Made by a program: the position numbers and the translations under genes. Of a stretch of 64,000 bases of DNA, positions 28,201 to 40,005 are shown piece by piece. Source of the stretch: a virus (lineage: Duplodnaviria > Caudoviricetes); IMG/VR virus record IMGVR_UViG_3300020049_014895, positions 1-64,000 of that record; one strand, 5' to 3'. Under the pieces are notes generated by a model that saw nothing but the letters and a program-made list of their open reading frames with translations, was not told the origin of the DNA and made no database searches. The first letter of the stretch is position 1, and each line of letters begins with the position of its first letter.

Positions 28201-31200
28201 CCTCAAATAATTCCTTACCAATCATAGCACGATTTAACCCTTCCATGCCATTACTTGTGTTGGTAATGTTTGAAATAGCCTTATCAAGCTCTCCCGCCTC
28301 TTCAAACGCTTTAACGTATGCCTTGGCATCTGATTGCGTAACCTCTAAATTCTTAGGGATATATTCAACTCCTTTTTCTTTTAAGCCAGCCTTAATCTCC
28401 TTACTTACTTCAGGTGACTCAAGAATGCGCTCAGCAAGCTTCATTGTCTTACCTGGAGGATTTACCTCTACCTCAGATACTTTTGTTTCAACAGGAGGAG
28501 GTGTTACTTCGCCTTTTCCTTCTCCGCTTTTAGTTTCAGGAATAATGACCTCTTCTCCCGATACGATAGGTTCGGTGATTTCGCCTCTGTCGATGGCATC
28601 GAGGAAGGCTTTACTTGCTTGTTCAATTGATTCATATTGTCCATTTATTAGTTCATAGTCTGCTTTTGGCATTGTCGCTTTATCATAAGCTTTCAATACA
28701 CGATCATTTAATGTTAATCCAGTAACAGCCTTAAATCTGTCTCTCAAAGATACTACTAACGGATTTTTTAACGTTTTAGTATAATCACTTACTCCATTCG
28801 GATGTCTGTCTATAAAAGAAACAATATCATCCGGAGTAATATCAAGTCCAGTGTCCTCCGAAATACGTTGTGCCAAGGTATCAATAGTTTCTCCTTTTGA
28901 CTCACTGAAGTAAGCCTTTGCCTTGTTCATTTGAACGTTATTCTTATCCCCGAAATTGTTGTATCCGCCTTTACCTTTTTGCTTCACCTTACCGATGTTC
29001 TCAGAAATAGCATTGTCTACCGCATCACCTTTTTCAAAAGGCATATCCGACATCAATCTTTCATGAGCATCAATAATCTCTGCCGGGTTTTCGCTCTTCT
29101 CGGAAACTAATTTATCAGCCTCCGATTCTAAAACATCCCCTTCTTTTAATCCTTCAAAGGCACTCTTACCTTTCTTATAGTCAAACTTTTCTTCGTAATC
29201 CTTAATGATTTTTAAGCGAGTGTTTGGCGATGGCTCCTTTCCGGTCTTATCCAAAATAACCAATTCGTTACCATCTTGCTTAATGGTATATTCATTTTTA
29301 GATGTCTTATAGGTATTATCTTGCACATCGGTAAACGCTTCCGCCATGTCACCCTCTTCAGAGGTATACATCGCCTGAGAATCTTTTTCAAGTTCTACAG
29401 CATTGTCATATTTCTTAGCCAAGCTTTCACGAGCCAATTGCTCCTCCGGACTTCCTTTTACAATTTCTTCCGCATCAATGGCTTCTTGAATCTTAAACTC
29501 AATTACTTTCTGCTTTTCAGCTTCAGCGAGTCTTTCGCCTTCCGCTTTACTCTCTTGGGCAAGGTTAGTCCCTTCGACTCCTTGTTCCAATGCTCCACGT
29601 TCACCCCCTGCGATTCCAGTTTCTCCCGGTTCGCGTTGAAGAACTTCCGTTGTTGTTGGCTTTTGTATGGCATCTCTTTGTTGCTTTAAATTATCAATAG
29701 TATTTTGAATGGAAGCTTTCACCGATTCAGGTTGCCCTTCCAACGATGCCTCCGCTTGTGTTATTTTATCCGTTAATTCGAAGTATTGAGCCTCTGCATT
29801 AGCATCCATCAATTGAGTATCCACCTCGGCTTGTTCAACAGCAGAAATCTCATTCTGAGTTCTTTTTATGTCCTCAAAAATTCCATCTTGAACTTCAGGA
29901 GGTAATGTTTCAAAACTTGGATCCGTTGTCTTTTGTTGAAGCTCCGCTAAGCGAGTTTGTAACTCATCATTCTTAACCGGTAACGATTCCAATTTCTGAC
30001 CCGCTGCAGATTTTATATCCTCAGCAGTCAAATCCTTTATGCCTTCGTTTATGTCACGAAAATCTTTTATATCTTGCTCAGAAGCTTTTTCATTGGTAAT
30101 CCTTTCGGTTAAGTCCTTCAGGTCCTTCATTGAGGTTATTCTCTCCGAAACACCCGTTCCGACTTTGTGCCCCAAAATAGGAACCGCCAAGTCGCCAATC
30201 TCCATTAAATTGTCAAGCCACTTTCTTCCATCCTTACCTCTTTCGTAACCGGAAGCTTCGGCAATAGTAGTAACAAGAGCAAATGGAGCATCGATAGTTT
30301 TGTCGAAAATTTCTGCTTTCTTTTCTTTTGGTAACGCATTAAATTGAGCCATTGAGCCTTCAGGCAACAACGAACTTGCGATATCTGTTTTGTATTCGTT
30401 CGGGATTTTATGCAACGCTGTTGTCCCTACACCAAAAGCAGCCATCGCAGGAACAGTTAAGTTTGCAACACCAAAGCCTGCATGCAACCCACCTTTTACA
30501 GCCTCAGTTGCCCCCTCGATTTGCTCACCAATAGTTCTATCCTTTGTCATTTGACCGGTCTGGCTAAACAACTCTTCATCGGGAATTAAATTCATAGATT
30601 GCATCCCCTTTTTTATTCCGGCCAATCCTTCCTCAATTCCTTTTGAGCTGTTTTCAATGTGAGTCCATAAAATATCTTGAACAATATTTCCTTTGCCACC
30701 GGTTAAATTACTTTCCGGCCATACCACCTTTACATTTTCAGGAATAGTTCCACCTTTTGATGTAATGTGCTCAGCCTCTTGTGGTGTAAGAACCTCTTCT
30801 TGAGGTTCCGTTTTTGTCATTGCTTGACGCATAGACATCTCCGTTTCATCCGGAGGATTTACTTGGTCCGCAACAGCATATAATTCATCTTGGTCGTAAC
30901 CCTTTTTAGCAAGAGCTTCGACTAATAATCTTTTGTATCGTGGTGATTGATTTCCCTTTAAGGATTCAGCTAAGCCATTATGGATAACATTATTTTTATC
31001 AATGCCTAATGCCTTAGTGTTTTCACGCTTAATCTTTCCAATAGAAGGGGGAGCGTATGCCGATGGACTTGCCGTTGATGCGGAAGTACCATCTTCCGAT
31101 TTCAATGGTAATAGTGGATTTTTTTTTTGCAACCTCATCTACTTGGGTTGCATCTGCAGGAGGTGTCCATCCCGTATTTTCTTCCGATAACTCTGCGTCC

Positions 31201-31226
31201 GCAGGAGGTGTCCAATCTTGAGCCAT
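25268..31226 (-). CDS. Giant ejection/cargo protein, frameshifted at an A10 run
   Basis: Track ORFs 31029-31226 and 25268-31138 join at the T10 run 31119-31128; large helical protein after the tail genes; no DxDGD RNA polymerase motif seen. Confidence 0.7.
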
Positions 31227-32497
31227 TATTTCTTAATATAAGTTTTACCATCAGGACCTACCAACGATTCGCCCTTCTTTAATTTCGCCCACTTAGCATT
31301 AAAATCTGCAGGAGCTAATGGTTTTGTTTTTGTATCAATGTCATACTTCTTTACAGAAACGTGCTCAGGAGCATTTCCTTCCAATAAAGAAACAGGATTA
31401 TCTATCCCAAATGTATTATTCATCACCTCTGCCACATCCGTATAATCAACTTCCATTATCTTTCCTTCCACGCGATTATCGCCTTCTCCGGTTGCCTTAG
31501 TAGATGCTTTTAACACAATCTTCCCATCCGGTTTTCTAACAATCGACATAGGACGTAACTCCATTGTCTCTCCTCGCTTACCAGGATTCTCAATAGTTAA
31601 ATAAGGATTGTCAGGCTTATCCGTAAAGTTTATTGTAGCAGTAGTATTCCCGCTCTTATCTTTAGTAACAACACTTGCTACTGCAGGTCTCTTAGTTGTG
31701 TTTCCATCACCTTGAGATTGCGGACCAGCTTTGGTATCTTTAATTACCAATTTCGGAGCGTATTTACGTTGATAGTACTCCACCGCAGATTTTGCCCCAA
31801 GTTTATCTTGCGCCTTTTCGTAATCGCGAGTCGCTTGTCTGAAATTTTGCGGATCTTCCAAGTCGGAAGCAATTAACTCCTCAGCATCCTTTAAAGAATA
31901 TGTTTTCCCGTATGGAGTTTCCTTCGCTTGCCTTTGAGCAAACTGAGATAAATCACCCGTCACGCGGTCTAAATAATTAATGTTCTTTCTATAAATAGAG
32001 TCGTCAATATTCCAATTCCCGGCATCTTCAGTAGCCGCTCTTGACAAATGACTTTGAATAACGTCTTCGTCATAAGCATCCGATTCCTTTGCTAAATTCA
32101 ACCCTCTTTGCTCCCATGCCTCGCGGAAGTTTTTTGATTGCTCTGCCGATGTAGAAAGGTCTCCCGCCAAGTTTTGATATTGCATCATTAAATTGGCGTC
32201 TCCCTTTTTTAATCCATCAATGTTTTGAACAACAAAGTCTCTCACCGCTTTTGACTTTCCGGCAATCAATTCTCTGTCTTTTGGCATTATGGCAACCTTA
32301 CCCATTGCGGACAGGTTCGTCATAATATCCTCCTCGCGAGCTTGCTCTTGCTTTGATTTAAGTTGTTGCTCAGCGAAATTACGGTCTTGCTCAGCCATAG
32401 CAGCCTCGCGCAATGGAGATAAATCCAATACCTGAGCAGCACCTTTATTTATGCCGTATAAATCCGTTCTTGCCTGTCCGGTATCTACTCTATACAT
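31226..32497 (-). CDS. Ejection/cargo protein
   Basis: 423 aa, helical, in the ejectosome position. Confidence 0.6.
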   Translation of the reverse strand: MYRVDTGQARTDLYGINKGAAQVLDLSPLREAAMAEQDRNFAEQQLKSKQEQAREEDIMTNLSAMGKVAIMPKDRELIAGKSKAVRDFVVQNIDGLKKGDANLMMQYQNLAGDLSTSAEQSKNFREAWEQRGLNLAKESDAYDEDVIQSHLSRAATEDAGNWNIDDSIYRKNINYLDRVTGDLSQFAQRQAKETPYGKTYSLKDAEELIASDLEDPQNFRQATRDYEKAQDKLGAKSAVEYYQRKYAPKLVIKDTKAGPQSQGDGNTTKRPAVASVVTKDKSGNTTATINFTDKPDNPYLTIENPGKRGETMELRPMSIVRKPDGKIVLKASTKATGEGDNRVEGKIMEVDYTDVAEVMNNTFGIDNPVSLLEGNAPEHVSVKKYDIDTKTKPLAPADFNAKWAKLKKGESLVGPDGKTYIKK

Positions 32498-33197
32498 ATC
32501 CGTATGAATTCGTTGGATTATCGTTAATTAATGCGCCTTCTTGAGAATTTGGATTGTAGTTATTCATTCCAGTCATACTATACTTGTTTGGAGTAAAGTA
32601 TTGATTTCCAGAAGCCGGATTCACTTGTTGTCCTTGTTGTTGCTTTCCGCCAGAATTTTCATATCCACCACTTCCACCTGTATTACCGGCCTGAAATCCT
32701 TGAGACATATTCTGCATCCCAGCGCCAATCATTGCATTGTTCTGAGCAGTTTGCTCATAGTAAGGATTTGATTTGTTTATCTGAAATGCTTGGTCTCTAT
32801 AATCAGCCATCGTTTGACGTTGACCCATCAATATACCTTGATTTTGCGCTCTTGCCTGAGCATCCATTGACATAAGGTTGCCATAGGCATCATTTTGTTG
32901 CTGATTAATTCCGGCAATGCCAGCAAGACCACCTCTTCGGCTTCCACTTGACGCTAACGCCTGAGCGGACCCACGCTGAAGGTTGGTTAAATATTGTTGC
33001 TTTTGCTCTTCAGGAATTCCCTGTAAAGCCATTTGCTGAGCTTGATTTAAGTTTTGTTGTATCTCTTGAGGGATTTCATACGTAGGTCGCTTATTTCTCT
33101 TTTGCTTATACAACCCATACGCTAACTGAACAGCACCAAGAGTCGTAGACGCTCCTCCACCTGCCCAATTTGAAATCTGATTTGTCATATCAGCCAT
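32490..33197 (-). CDS. Ejection (pilot-like) protein
   Basis: G/Q/N-rich with a hydrophobic glycine-rich N-terminal segment. Confidence 0.65.
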   Translation of the reverse strand: MADMTNQISNWAGGGASTTLGAVQLAYGLYKQKRNKRPTYEIPQEIQQNLNQAQQMALQGIPEEQKQQYLTNLQRGSAQALASSGSRRGGLAGIAGINQQQNDAYGNLMSMDAQARAQNQGILMGQRQTMADYRDQAFQINKSNPYYEQTAQNNAMIGAGMQNMSQGFQAGNTGGSGGYENSGGKQQQGQQVNPASGNQYFTPNKYSMTGMNNYNPNSQEGALINDNPTNSYGYV

Positions 33198-33198
33198 C

Positions 33199-33537
33199 TT
33201 ATTTTTTATCTAAAAAGTTAAACAATCCAATTAATAAAAGGCTTGCAATAGCACCAATAAATGCAAAAAGCAATATTTCACAATTACATTTTTGTAATAA
33301 ATAGCAAATGATTCCTGCCCAAAATCCGAAACACCCAAAACAATTTGTTACATTCTCAAGAAACAAAAATACATTCATTTTTAAGTTTCTGAAAAACGTG
33401 TTTTTGTCAACCACAGCAATCTCATAAACCTGTTTCTTAAATGAAATCTTTTCTCTCGTACCCTTGAAAACTTTACTTCGGGTTACAATCCAAGATAATC
33501 CAGCAGAAGATAATATGAAAATTAATAGTGATTCCAT
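33199..33537 (-). CDS. DUF1360-like membrane protein
   Basis: CFGCFGFW motif between TM helices; own TATATTTG element at 33545-33552. Confidence 0.6.
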   Translation of the reverse strand: MESLLIFILSSAGLSWIVTRSKVFKGTREKISFKKQVYEIAVVDKNTFFRNLKMNVFLFLENVTNCFGCFGFWAGIICYLLQKCNCEILLFAFIGAIASLLLIGLFNFLDKK

Positions 33538-33555
33538 ACTTGCAAATATATAAAA

Positions 33556-36500
33556 TTAATTCTTATTACTTAAATTACTTCCGATATAATAAAAATTAAC
33601 AGCATTTATTTTATTGTAATCAGTTCCAGTATATCTAAATTTTAACAAGAATGTTCTATCTCGCATAACATCGCCTTCAATCAATGGCAATAAAACATTT
33701 GGAGTATTTGCATCCCTTAAAACACCCGCATACTGATTATTCTCTTTTTCATCGAAATCACTTATGATCAAACTACTTTCTTGACCATTCGGGGTTGTTA
33801 TCGAATAAACTTCCCACGCAGAGTTGGTCTCCTCAGATATTGCTGTTAAAATTTTTACATTTGAAGGATTAGCATTGCAATATACCCAAAATTCAGGCTC
33901 CCCAACCGACCCATAAAAACTTCCATAAACAACATTTTCGTTATGCTTCCACAATCCGCCATCCTTAAAAGAAACAAACCCGGTATTTGATGGACACATC
34001 CCTTCCGGATGAAACGTATAAAACGCACTCCATTGATTATATTTTTCATTCCAAGCCAATGTTTCAGCCTCAATAGTTGGCAACAACTCTCCCTGAATCA
34101 TTCGCTCAAAGGCTACAACATATTCATTAAACTTTATATCATAAACTCCATAAACACGAGGATACTGATTTGCATTCAAATAAGCATTACATTTATCCGA
34201 AAAGAAATTATGCATATCACCCACATCCGAAATAGGAGTTAATCCATCATTAGATAATCTCCAAACAATTCCACGATTAACATCTATACCATAATCAACA
34301 TTATTGTATTCTGCATGTGATTCAGGATTTCTGCCAATTCCTATTTCTCCTGCATAAGGAGAGGTTTCAGGAGACAATACAGCAGAAGATGCACCAACAG
34401 TACTCTGAAGCGACAAGTCATTATAAATAATTCGCCCAACAGGAATCATGCTAATTTTCAACTCCTGCATCATGATGAGTCCAATGTCCTTTGTTCTTAA
34501 TTTATAAATCCCTCCGTAAGCCTGAGAATATGTTTGGTAATTTTCATCATAAACAGTACTAAGCCCATTTATACCAGTTTCCGGAATAAAGTTTTCAGAA
34601 TAATAAACTGTGCTCGGACGAGTCACCCTTTTAATTTCGGGATCAATTCGATTTACTCGCCCATAATCCGCAGCATTTGATGTAAACAAATAACTTGCGC
34701 TTGATGCCTCAATATAAGAATATAATCGATAAACACTAACAAATCCAGTTATAAGATATGGCATATCGCATAATCTTCTAAAACAATCTCCACTCGAAAG
34801 AACTGTCTCTGATGCTCGAACAATAGTCCCAGGACCAGAGTTAGGAATTCCAACCAATGTAAATCCTGCTGTATCGATACTTACAGCGGTTGCCCCTATT
34901 GCAGAAACAACACCATACACACTAAATAATCCATTATAAAACTTCACATTCTCCCCAACATTTAGTCCGTGACCCAAAGGAACTACACATGTATAAACAG
35001 CCCCCACATAAGAAGACGATGTAAGAGGGACAAACATTTGATTAATTGTGCTACCGCTATGAACTAAGTTTCCATACTGATCTGCTACAATATCCCCCTC
35101 TTCTGCAATTTCATACATCAATTCGTTATCATTTATTACGCTTTCTGCCGGTTGATAAATTTCAAATAGACATCCAGGCAATAAATTCAATGGTACAGTT
35201 GGAAGTGATGGATTTATTCTAATGTTCAAAACCTGGGTTCCACTATCCCAAGATAATATCTCTGTATCATTAAATGAAAAAAATGAATCTATTCCGGTAA
35301 CAGCCGTTGGCAAATAAGGAGAAGTTGAAGTATAGGCAGGATTAGCAATAAACCTAATTCTATCGCCATCAGCATAGTCATACACAAGCTTTGAGTCTCC
35401 ATTTTCATAAAGATACCTGCCTATAATGCTCCCTAAATCAAGAGTGCAATAAACAGCAAGAGCTGGAGCAACAACCGCCCCATTGATGTCAGTGTACCTA
35501 ATCTCTTGGGCAACAAACTGAAAATATCTACCCATAGACTTATTTGTACTTCTCAATATTTGATATCTTTTTGCCCAACTTGGAGGCGCATGGTACAACT
35601 CGGCCGTAACCTCTGGAACATACTTCATGTCCTCATTGGGACTTCCATGCGGAGCATCATAAAGTGGATCTGTAACAAATGGGACATATAATGTTGTACC
35701 AAATACACTTCCAGTATATTCTGTAGACTTTCCCTTTACAGTATTTGTTAATCCGCTTCTATTTCCCCATTCATCATAATAAACCATACCACAATCATAA
35801 ACACCCCCCGACTTTAAAAAAGTCTTGTCAACAAAGAAATTATTTGAAGGAGGAGTAAATTCTTCAAAAGTAATCGGCAATCTCATGTCAACGTGCACAG
35901 GATCAAAATTTTCAGTAATTAATCCATCTACAATTCTCTGACCAGCAATTATTTCTTGAGCCTGACTTCTTAGCGGAACCCAATCAAACAATCGGATACT
36001 TTCATTGATTTCCAATTGAACATAGTTGCCGTCATTATAAAATGGAAAATCATAAGTAGAATCAGATGAAATACCCAAGGCATCTTTTGAAAAGTCAGCA
36101 ATTAAAGAAAAATCTGTTAATCCTAACTGCTTTCCAGCAATCCTTATTCTTTTTACAATACCACTACCAGTTGGAACAGTTAGCGTAATTTTATTATCCT
36201 GAATATTGAAATCCTCCCCGCTCCCTCCGGCATTTACAGTCGAAGGGAATTCATACCTACTAATTGGCGACCAAGCGCTTACCTCATTATCATCATAAAC
36301 AAACTGAACTTTAAACTGAAAAAGCTTTTTAAATAAATAATTTATTTTCTGATCCGAATCAGTGCTCCAAACATAAGTTGGAGACGATGAAGGAGGTTGC
36401 TTTACGCGAGTAATAAACCTTGGTTCAAAAGGAGCCGGATAACCATTAATGTAATCTCCGGCTGAATGCAATTTCGCCTTTTCAATGTTTACCTTCTTTG

Positions 36501-36969
36501 GCTCATTATAATCATTTTCATCCCCAGGATTAACATAATTGTCGGTCCAATACAATAAATGATTTTCTGAATCAAGTTCAACAACATTAATCCCTGTAAT
36601 TAAAAAATCAGAACTAAAATTCAAATAGTATGGCGCAGAAACAGCCTCTCTTAAAACAAGAGAAATAATATTTGTTGCGTAATTATACTCAAGAATAGAA
36701 TGAGCCAACACATCATTAAAAACAAAATAGTATATTTTTTTTGTTTTAATATCCTCCTTAGAGCCAATTACAACATTATTCCCAGCAGGCAACGAATAAG
36801 AAACAAGCGAGTTTCCAAGCATTGTTTCAATTGCTCCTGTTTCATCATTATCTGAAGACAAAACACGCACATTCACTCGATGCCTTGCCTTACCAGGAAT
36901 TTGCATCTTGTCTGACTCGGGAGAATTATCCGAATCCATTCCTAATGTAAATATAATTTTTTGTTGCAT
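33556..36969 (-). CDS. Tail nozzle/muzzle (stabilisation) protein
   Basis: 1137 aa beta-propeller-like; N-terminal GMDSD...RVNVRV...GAIE motif as in crAss-like tails. Confidence 0.7.
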   Translation of the reverse strand: MQQKIIFTLGMDSDNSPESDKMQIPGKARHRVNVRVLSSDNDETGAIETMLGNSLVSYSLPAGNNVVIGSKEDIKTKKIYYFVFNDVLAHSILEYNYATNIISLVLREAVSAPYYLNFSSDFLITGINVVELDSENHLLYWTDNYVNPGDENDYNEPKKVNIEKAKLHSAGDYINGYPAPFEPRFITRVKQPPSSSPTYVWSTDSDQKINYLFKKLFQFKVQFVYDDNEVSAWSPISRYEFPSTVNAGGSGEDFNIQDNKITLTVPTGSGIVKRIRIAGKQLGLTDFSLIADFSKDALGISSDSTYDFPFYNDGNYVQLEINESIRLFDWVPLRSQAQEIIAGQRIVDGLITENFDPVHVDMRLPITFEEFTPPSNNFFVDKTFLKSGGVYDCGMVYYDEWGNRSGLTNTVKGKSTEYTGSVFGTTLYVPFVTDPLYDAPHGSPNEDMKYVPEVTAELYHAPPSWAKRYQILRSTNKSMGRYFQFVAQEIRYTDINGAVVAPALAVYCTLDLGSIIGRYLYENGDSKLVYDYADGDRIRFIANPAYTSTSPYLPTAVTGIDSFFSFNDTEILSWDSGTQVLNIRINPSLPTVPLNLLPGCLFEIYQPAESVINDNELMYEIAEEGDIVADQYGNLVHSGSTINQMFVPLTSSSYVGAVYTCVVPLGHGLNVGENVKFYNGLFSVYGVVSAIGATAVSIDTAGFTLVGIPNSGPGTIVRASETVLSSGDCFRRLCDMPYLITGFVSVYRLYSYIEASSASYLFTSNAADYGRVNRIDPEIKRVTRPSTVYYSENFIPETGINGLSTVYDENYQTYSQAYGGIYKLRTKDIGLIMMQELKISMIPVGRIIYNDLSLQSTVGASSAVLSPETSPYAGEIGIGRNPESHAEYNNVDYGIDVNRGIVWRLSNDGLTPISDVGDMHNFFSDKCNAYLNANQYPRVYGVYDIKFNEYVVAFERMIQGELLPTIEAETLAWNEKYNQWSAFYTFHPEGMCPSNTGFVSFKDGGLWKHNENVVYGSFYGSVGEPEFWVYCNANPSNVKILTAISEETNSAWEVYSITTPNGQESSLIISDFDEKENNQYAGVLRDANTPNVLLPLIEGDVMRDRTFLLKFRYTGTDYNKINAVNFYYIGSNLSNKN

Positions 36970-36972
36970 ATT

Positions 36973-37743
36973 TTACCACTTTACAGCAGCTTGATTACCA
37001 TGGCGAAATGCCGATAACCACTCGTCTGCTGTTCTTGAATTGAATCTTATCCTAGAAATTCTTTCTGCCTTCTGAAAATCAATCATTGCCATCTCTTTCT
37101 CATTTGCGTTACGATTTCTGTCTCGAGCAATATACTTCCAATACATCCAGTTTTTTACAGTTTCAATCAGAAAAGGATGAACCACAAAATCATCTCCAGA
37201 CGCCTCTATGTCTGTCAAATACTCCAAAACGATATAGGAGGTGCCAACAGGGAAAGAAGACAATAATATTTGAGAGGAATTCATATCAAATCTATAATAT
37301 CCATTGGCATTATTTCCACCACCAATCCCAAAAAATCTCCCCATCAACTCTCCATTACGAATATTATCATCTAAGTAATCAGTTGAAATAATCCCGCCAG
37401 ACAATGTAGCATCTTGGCCAGTTGAACTTTCATGAGAAATAGGATTTCCACAATCGTCATACATTTTATCTAAACACAAATTATCATTGCGCCCAAGAGA
37501 GTGTAACTGCCCATCTCTTCCACATAAAGCGATACGAGTGTAATTTATAAATCCACAAGGCAAATCAACTGTGTCGTTTGAGTTAATCGTCAATTGTGCA
37601 ACTTGTGGCACACCGGATAAATCCATATTTTGCTCTCGCAAACAAGCAACACCTAATTGATAAAATCGAGCATACTTATTCGATTGACCTTCTCCGAGTT
37701 CAATTAATAATTCATTTACAATATCCTTTAATAAATAACTCAT
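36973..37743 (-). CDS. Tail ring/adaptor protein
   Basis: Size and position between nozzle and other ring genes. Confidence 0.6.
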   Translation of the reverse strand: MSYLLKDIVNELLIELGEGQSNKYARFYQLGVACLREQNMDLSGVPQVAQLTINSNDTVDLPCGFINYTRIALCGRDGQLHSLGRNDNLCLDKMYDDCGNPISHESSTGQDATLSGGIISTDYLDDNIRNGELMGRFFGIGGGNNANGYYRFDMNSSQILLSSFPVGTSYIVLEYLTDIEASGDDFVVHPFLIETVKNWMYWKYIARDRNRNANEKEMAMIDFQKAERISRIRFNSRTADEWLSAFRHGNQAAVKW

Positions 37744-38330
37744 TATTGTAAGGTATCAGGTTTAACTTCCGGTTTTGGTTGGTACTTTGCTACAACCATG
37801 TCTACAATTGCAGATGCCATGTCAGGAGGAATATTTAACACCTCTTCAACATCTACGGCATCAAGTGCAATTGCTAATTTTAATAAAATATTTCCATTTG
37901 AAACACTTGTCATTTTTGGAAAATACATTCTAATCCCTTCAACATAATACGTCTGAGCACCACCCATAATATTTGCTTTTAAATTTGCCCAAATACCAAC
38001 TGATCCACTATTTATTCTAACAAAAGGCTTATCTTGTTGCTTCATAAACGAAACCGCATTTATACCCGCTTCATGAGGCAATCTAACATAAGAACTTGGA
38101 ATCACAATGTAATAGAAATCTGTATCTAAATCAACCTCCGGAACAATATTTTTAAACGTGTACTGAAATACCCCATCAACTTCATTTATCCCATCCTGCT
38201 TATTCTCATACCAACTTTGCTTTACAACAACAGCATAAGAATCAACACAAGCAGATATTATTGCCTGTATATCCCCTTTTCCTAAAATGTCTCTCGCCTT
38301 TTCAGCGAGCATAAATATTGATGTTGCCAT
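37743..38330 (-). CDS. Tail ring/adaptor protein
   Basis: Position; C-terminal IPPDM..AIVD helix. Confidence 0.55.
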   Translation of the reverse strand: MATSIFMLAEKARDILGKGDIQAIISACVDSYAVVVKQSWYENKQDGINEVDGVFQYTFKNIVPEVDLDTDFYYIVIPSSYVRLPHEAGINAVSFMKQQDKPFVRINSGSVGIWANLKANIMGGAQTYYVEGIRMYFPKMTSVSNGNILLKLAIALDAVDVEEVLNIPPDMASAIVDMVVAKYQPKPEVKPDTLQ

Positions 38331-38995
38331 TAAAATGTGCTATTTGTTTGTTGTTTATATGCCTCAGAAAACTGAGACAGCTCTCCATCCTTTAAATTGA
38401 CTCCAATTAAAGATAAATACATCGAGGCAACATTGTTCAAACTAAATCCGTCCCACTCAAAATCAGTACTTGAAGATGCATCATATACCGGTCTTCCTGA
38501 AACCGTTGTAAATCCCCAAACAGGAGAAGTTGGAGTCTTGAAGTAATCCAACATAATAGTTCCAATAGTTTTTGGAAGAAATCTTATTCCATTCCCAAAC
38601 TCTGAATACTTTGGGAATCTTTTAGATGGCACCTGCAACTGAGAAGTAGAAATCGCTCCCCATGAAGAATTTTTAACTTCAATAACAGGAATCTCTGTAG
38701 ATAACCCTCCAGCACGAACATAATAAGACCGGATAGACGAAGCATGCTCCCAATCAGAAGGATACGGCAACAACCCAGTTACAGGAACAGATGTTGTTGA
38801 ATTCTTTAAAAATGTTTTCAAAAACTCACTAACACTTCCTGTAGCCAAAAATGTCTGAAAATCTTTTTCAAACAATTGCATTTGCGCCCGGTTTGCAATC
38901 ACATTAAACTGAGATGGAGAAACAGTATTCCCACTCTGGGCCTTATTTGACACAAACTCTACGAAAACTTTGAATGTATTTATGTTTACCGACAT
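38330..38995 (-). CDS. Tail ring/adaptor protein
   Basis: NKAQSG..SPSQFN..ANRAQ N-terminus and YFKTP..P.W motif typical of crAss-like ring proteins. Confidence 0.65.
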   Translation of the reverse strand: MSVNINTFKVFVEFVSNKAQSGNTVSPSQFNVIANRAQMQLFEKDFQTFLATGSVSEFLKTFLKNSTTSVPVTGLLPYPSDWEHASSIRSYYVRAGGLSTEIPVIEVKNSSWGAISTSQLQVPSKRFPKYSEFGNGIRFLPKTIGTIMLDYFKTPTSPVWGFTTVSGRPVYDASSSTDFEWDGFSLNNVASMYLSLIGVNLKDGELSQFSEAYKQQTNSTF

Positions 38996-38998
38996 CTA

Positions 38999-40000
38999 TT
39001 ATGATCGTAAAACTGTTAATGATAAATTGGCTCTCCCTCCGGAAGTCGTTTTTGCAGTTAACACTGTAAGCACCTGTCCAGCAGTAAACGTGTTGTTAGC
39101 AGTAACGGCACTTGAATAAGCTGTACCAAAAGCATCTGACGCAGCAAAAGAAATAGGAGTTGTAACAGTCATAGTTGTTCCACTGTTATCTTTTAAAACA
39201 ACTGTTGCAGCATCAGTTCCTGCTATTGTTTTTGATGCAACAGCTCTAATAGCTGTAACCGAACAAGCAAAAGGAATTATATATGTTAGCGCTCCGGTTT
39301 CTCCGGATTCAAATGAACATGGGATTATTAACACTTCTGTTTTTAATTCAGTTGTTAATTTTGCAGGAGTTACATTTGCATCTAAAATTTTAACCGTAGT
39401 AACTGCATCATTTGCAATAGTCCAATTAGCGCCACTCTTTGTTAAGTCCCCTGCTACGATTTGCTGTAAAACATCCGTTCCATCGCCACCCAAAACAGCA
39501 GTGGCATTTGCAGCATTTGCCGCCTCAATCGCACCATTCAATCCAGTTCTAATTACTTGCCCTCTCGTACCTGTAGGCAAAAGCTTTGTTAATGCAATTT
39601 CTCCATATAAAGAAGCATTTAAAATAGATCCGGCAATGATATCGGCTCCGTTAATATCAACGTTCCCATCTGAGAAATCAGAACAGATACTTACATCCCA
39701 CGTAGTACCATTGTAAACGCAAGTAATTTTTTGCTCATACAAGCATTGAGCAGCATTTAATGTTGTTCCAAACACAGAAAATGTATTTGCACCTAAAGTA
39801 AAGCCTCCCATGAAGCAGAAAATGTAAGTGCACTGAACCTGTGGGGTTCCTGTTGATGTTAATGCTACATTACCGGCAAGCACAACAGCGCCACCATCAG
39901 GAATAATGTTATACACCATCACGCCATCATTTACCGAATAAGACTCAGTTAAACCAGCTGCAGTAATTGTAATATTTTTATATGTTTTGTTAATTGCCAT
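38999..40000 (-). CDS. Tail fibre/hub structural protein
   Basis: T/A/G-rich beta structure, IANDAVTTVKI repeat motif. Confidence 0.6.
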   Translation of the reverse strand: MAINKTYKNITITAAGLTESYSVNDGVMVYNIIPDGGAVVLAGNVALTSTGTPQVQCTYIFCFMGGFTLGANTFSVFGTTLNAAQCLYEQKITCVYNGTTWDVSICSDFSDGNVDINGADIIAGSILNASLYGEIALTKLLPTGTRGQVIRTGLNGAIEAANAANATAVLGGDGTDVLQQIVAGDLTKSGANWTIANDAVTTVKILDANVTPAKLTTELKTEVLIIPCSFESGETGALTYIIPFACSVTAIRAVASKTIAGTDAATVVLKDNSGTTMTVTTPISFAASDAFGTAYSSAVTANNTFTAGQVLTVLTAKTTSGGRANLSLTVLRS

Positions 40001-40005
40001 GACGA

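Noticed and set aside
27750-28658. 302-aa plus-strand ORF
   Set aside because: Antisense shadow of the cargo gene; no motifs or promoter.
25268-31138. Virion RNA polymerase as in crAss-like phages
   Set aside because: No DxDGD/DFDxD catalytic motif found by eye.
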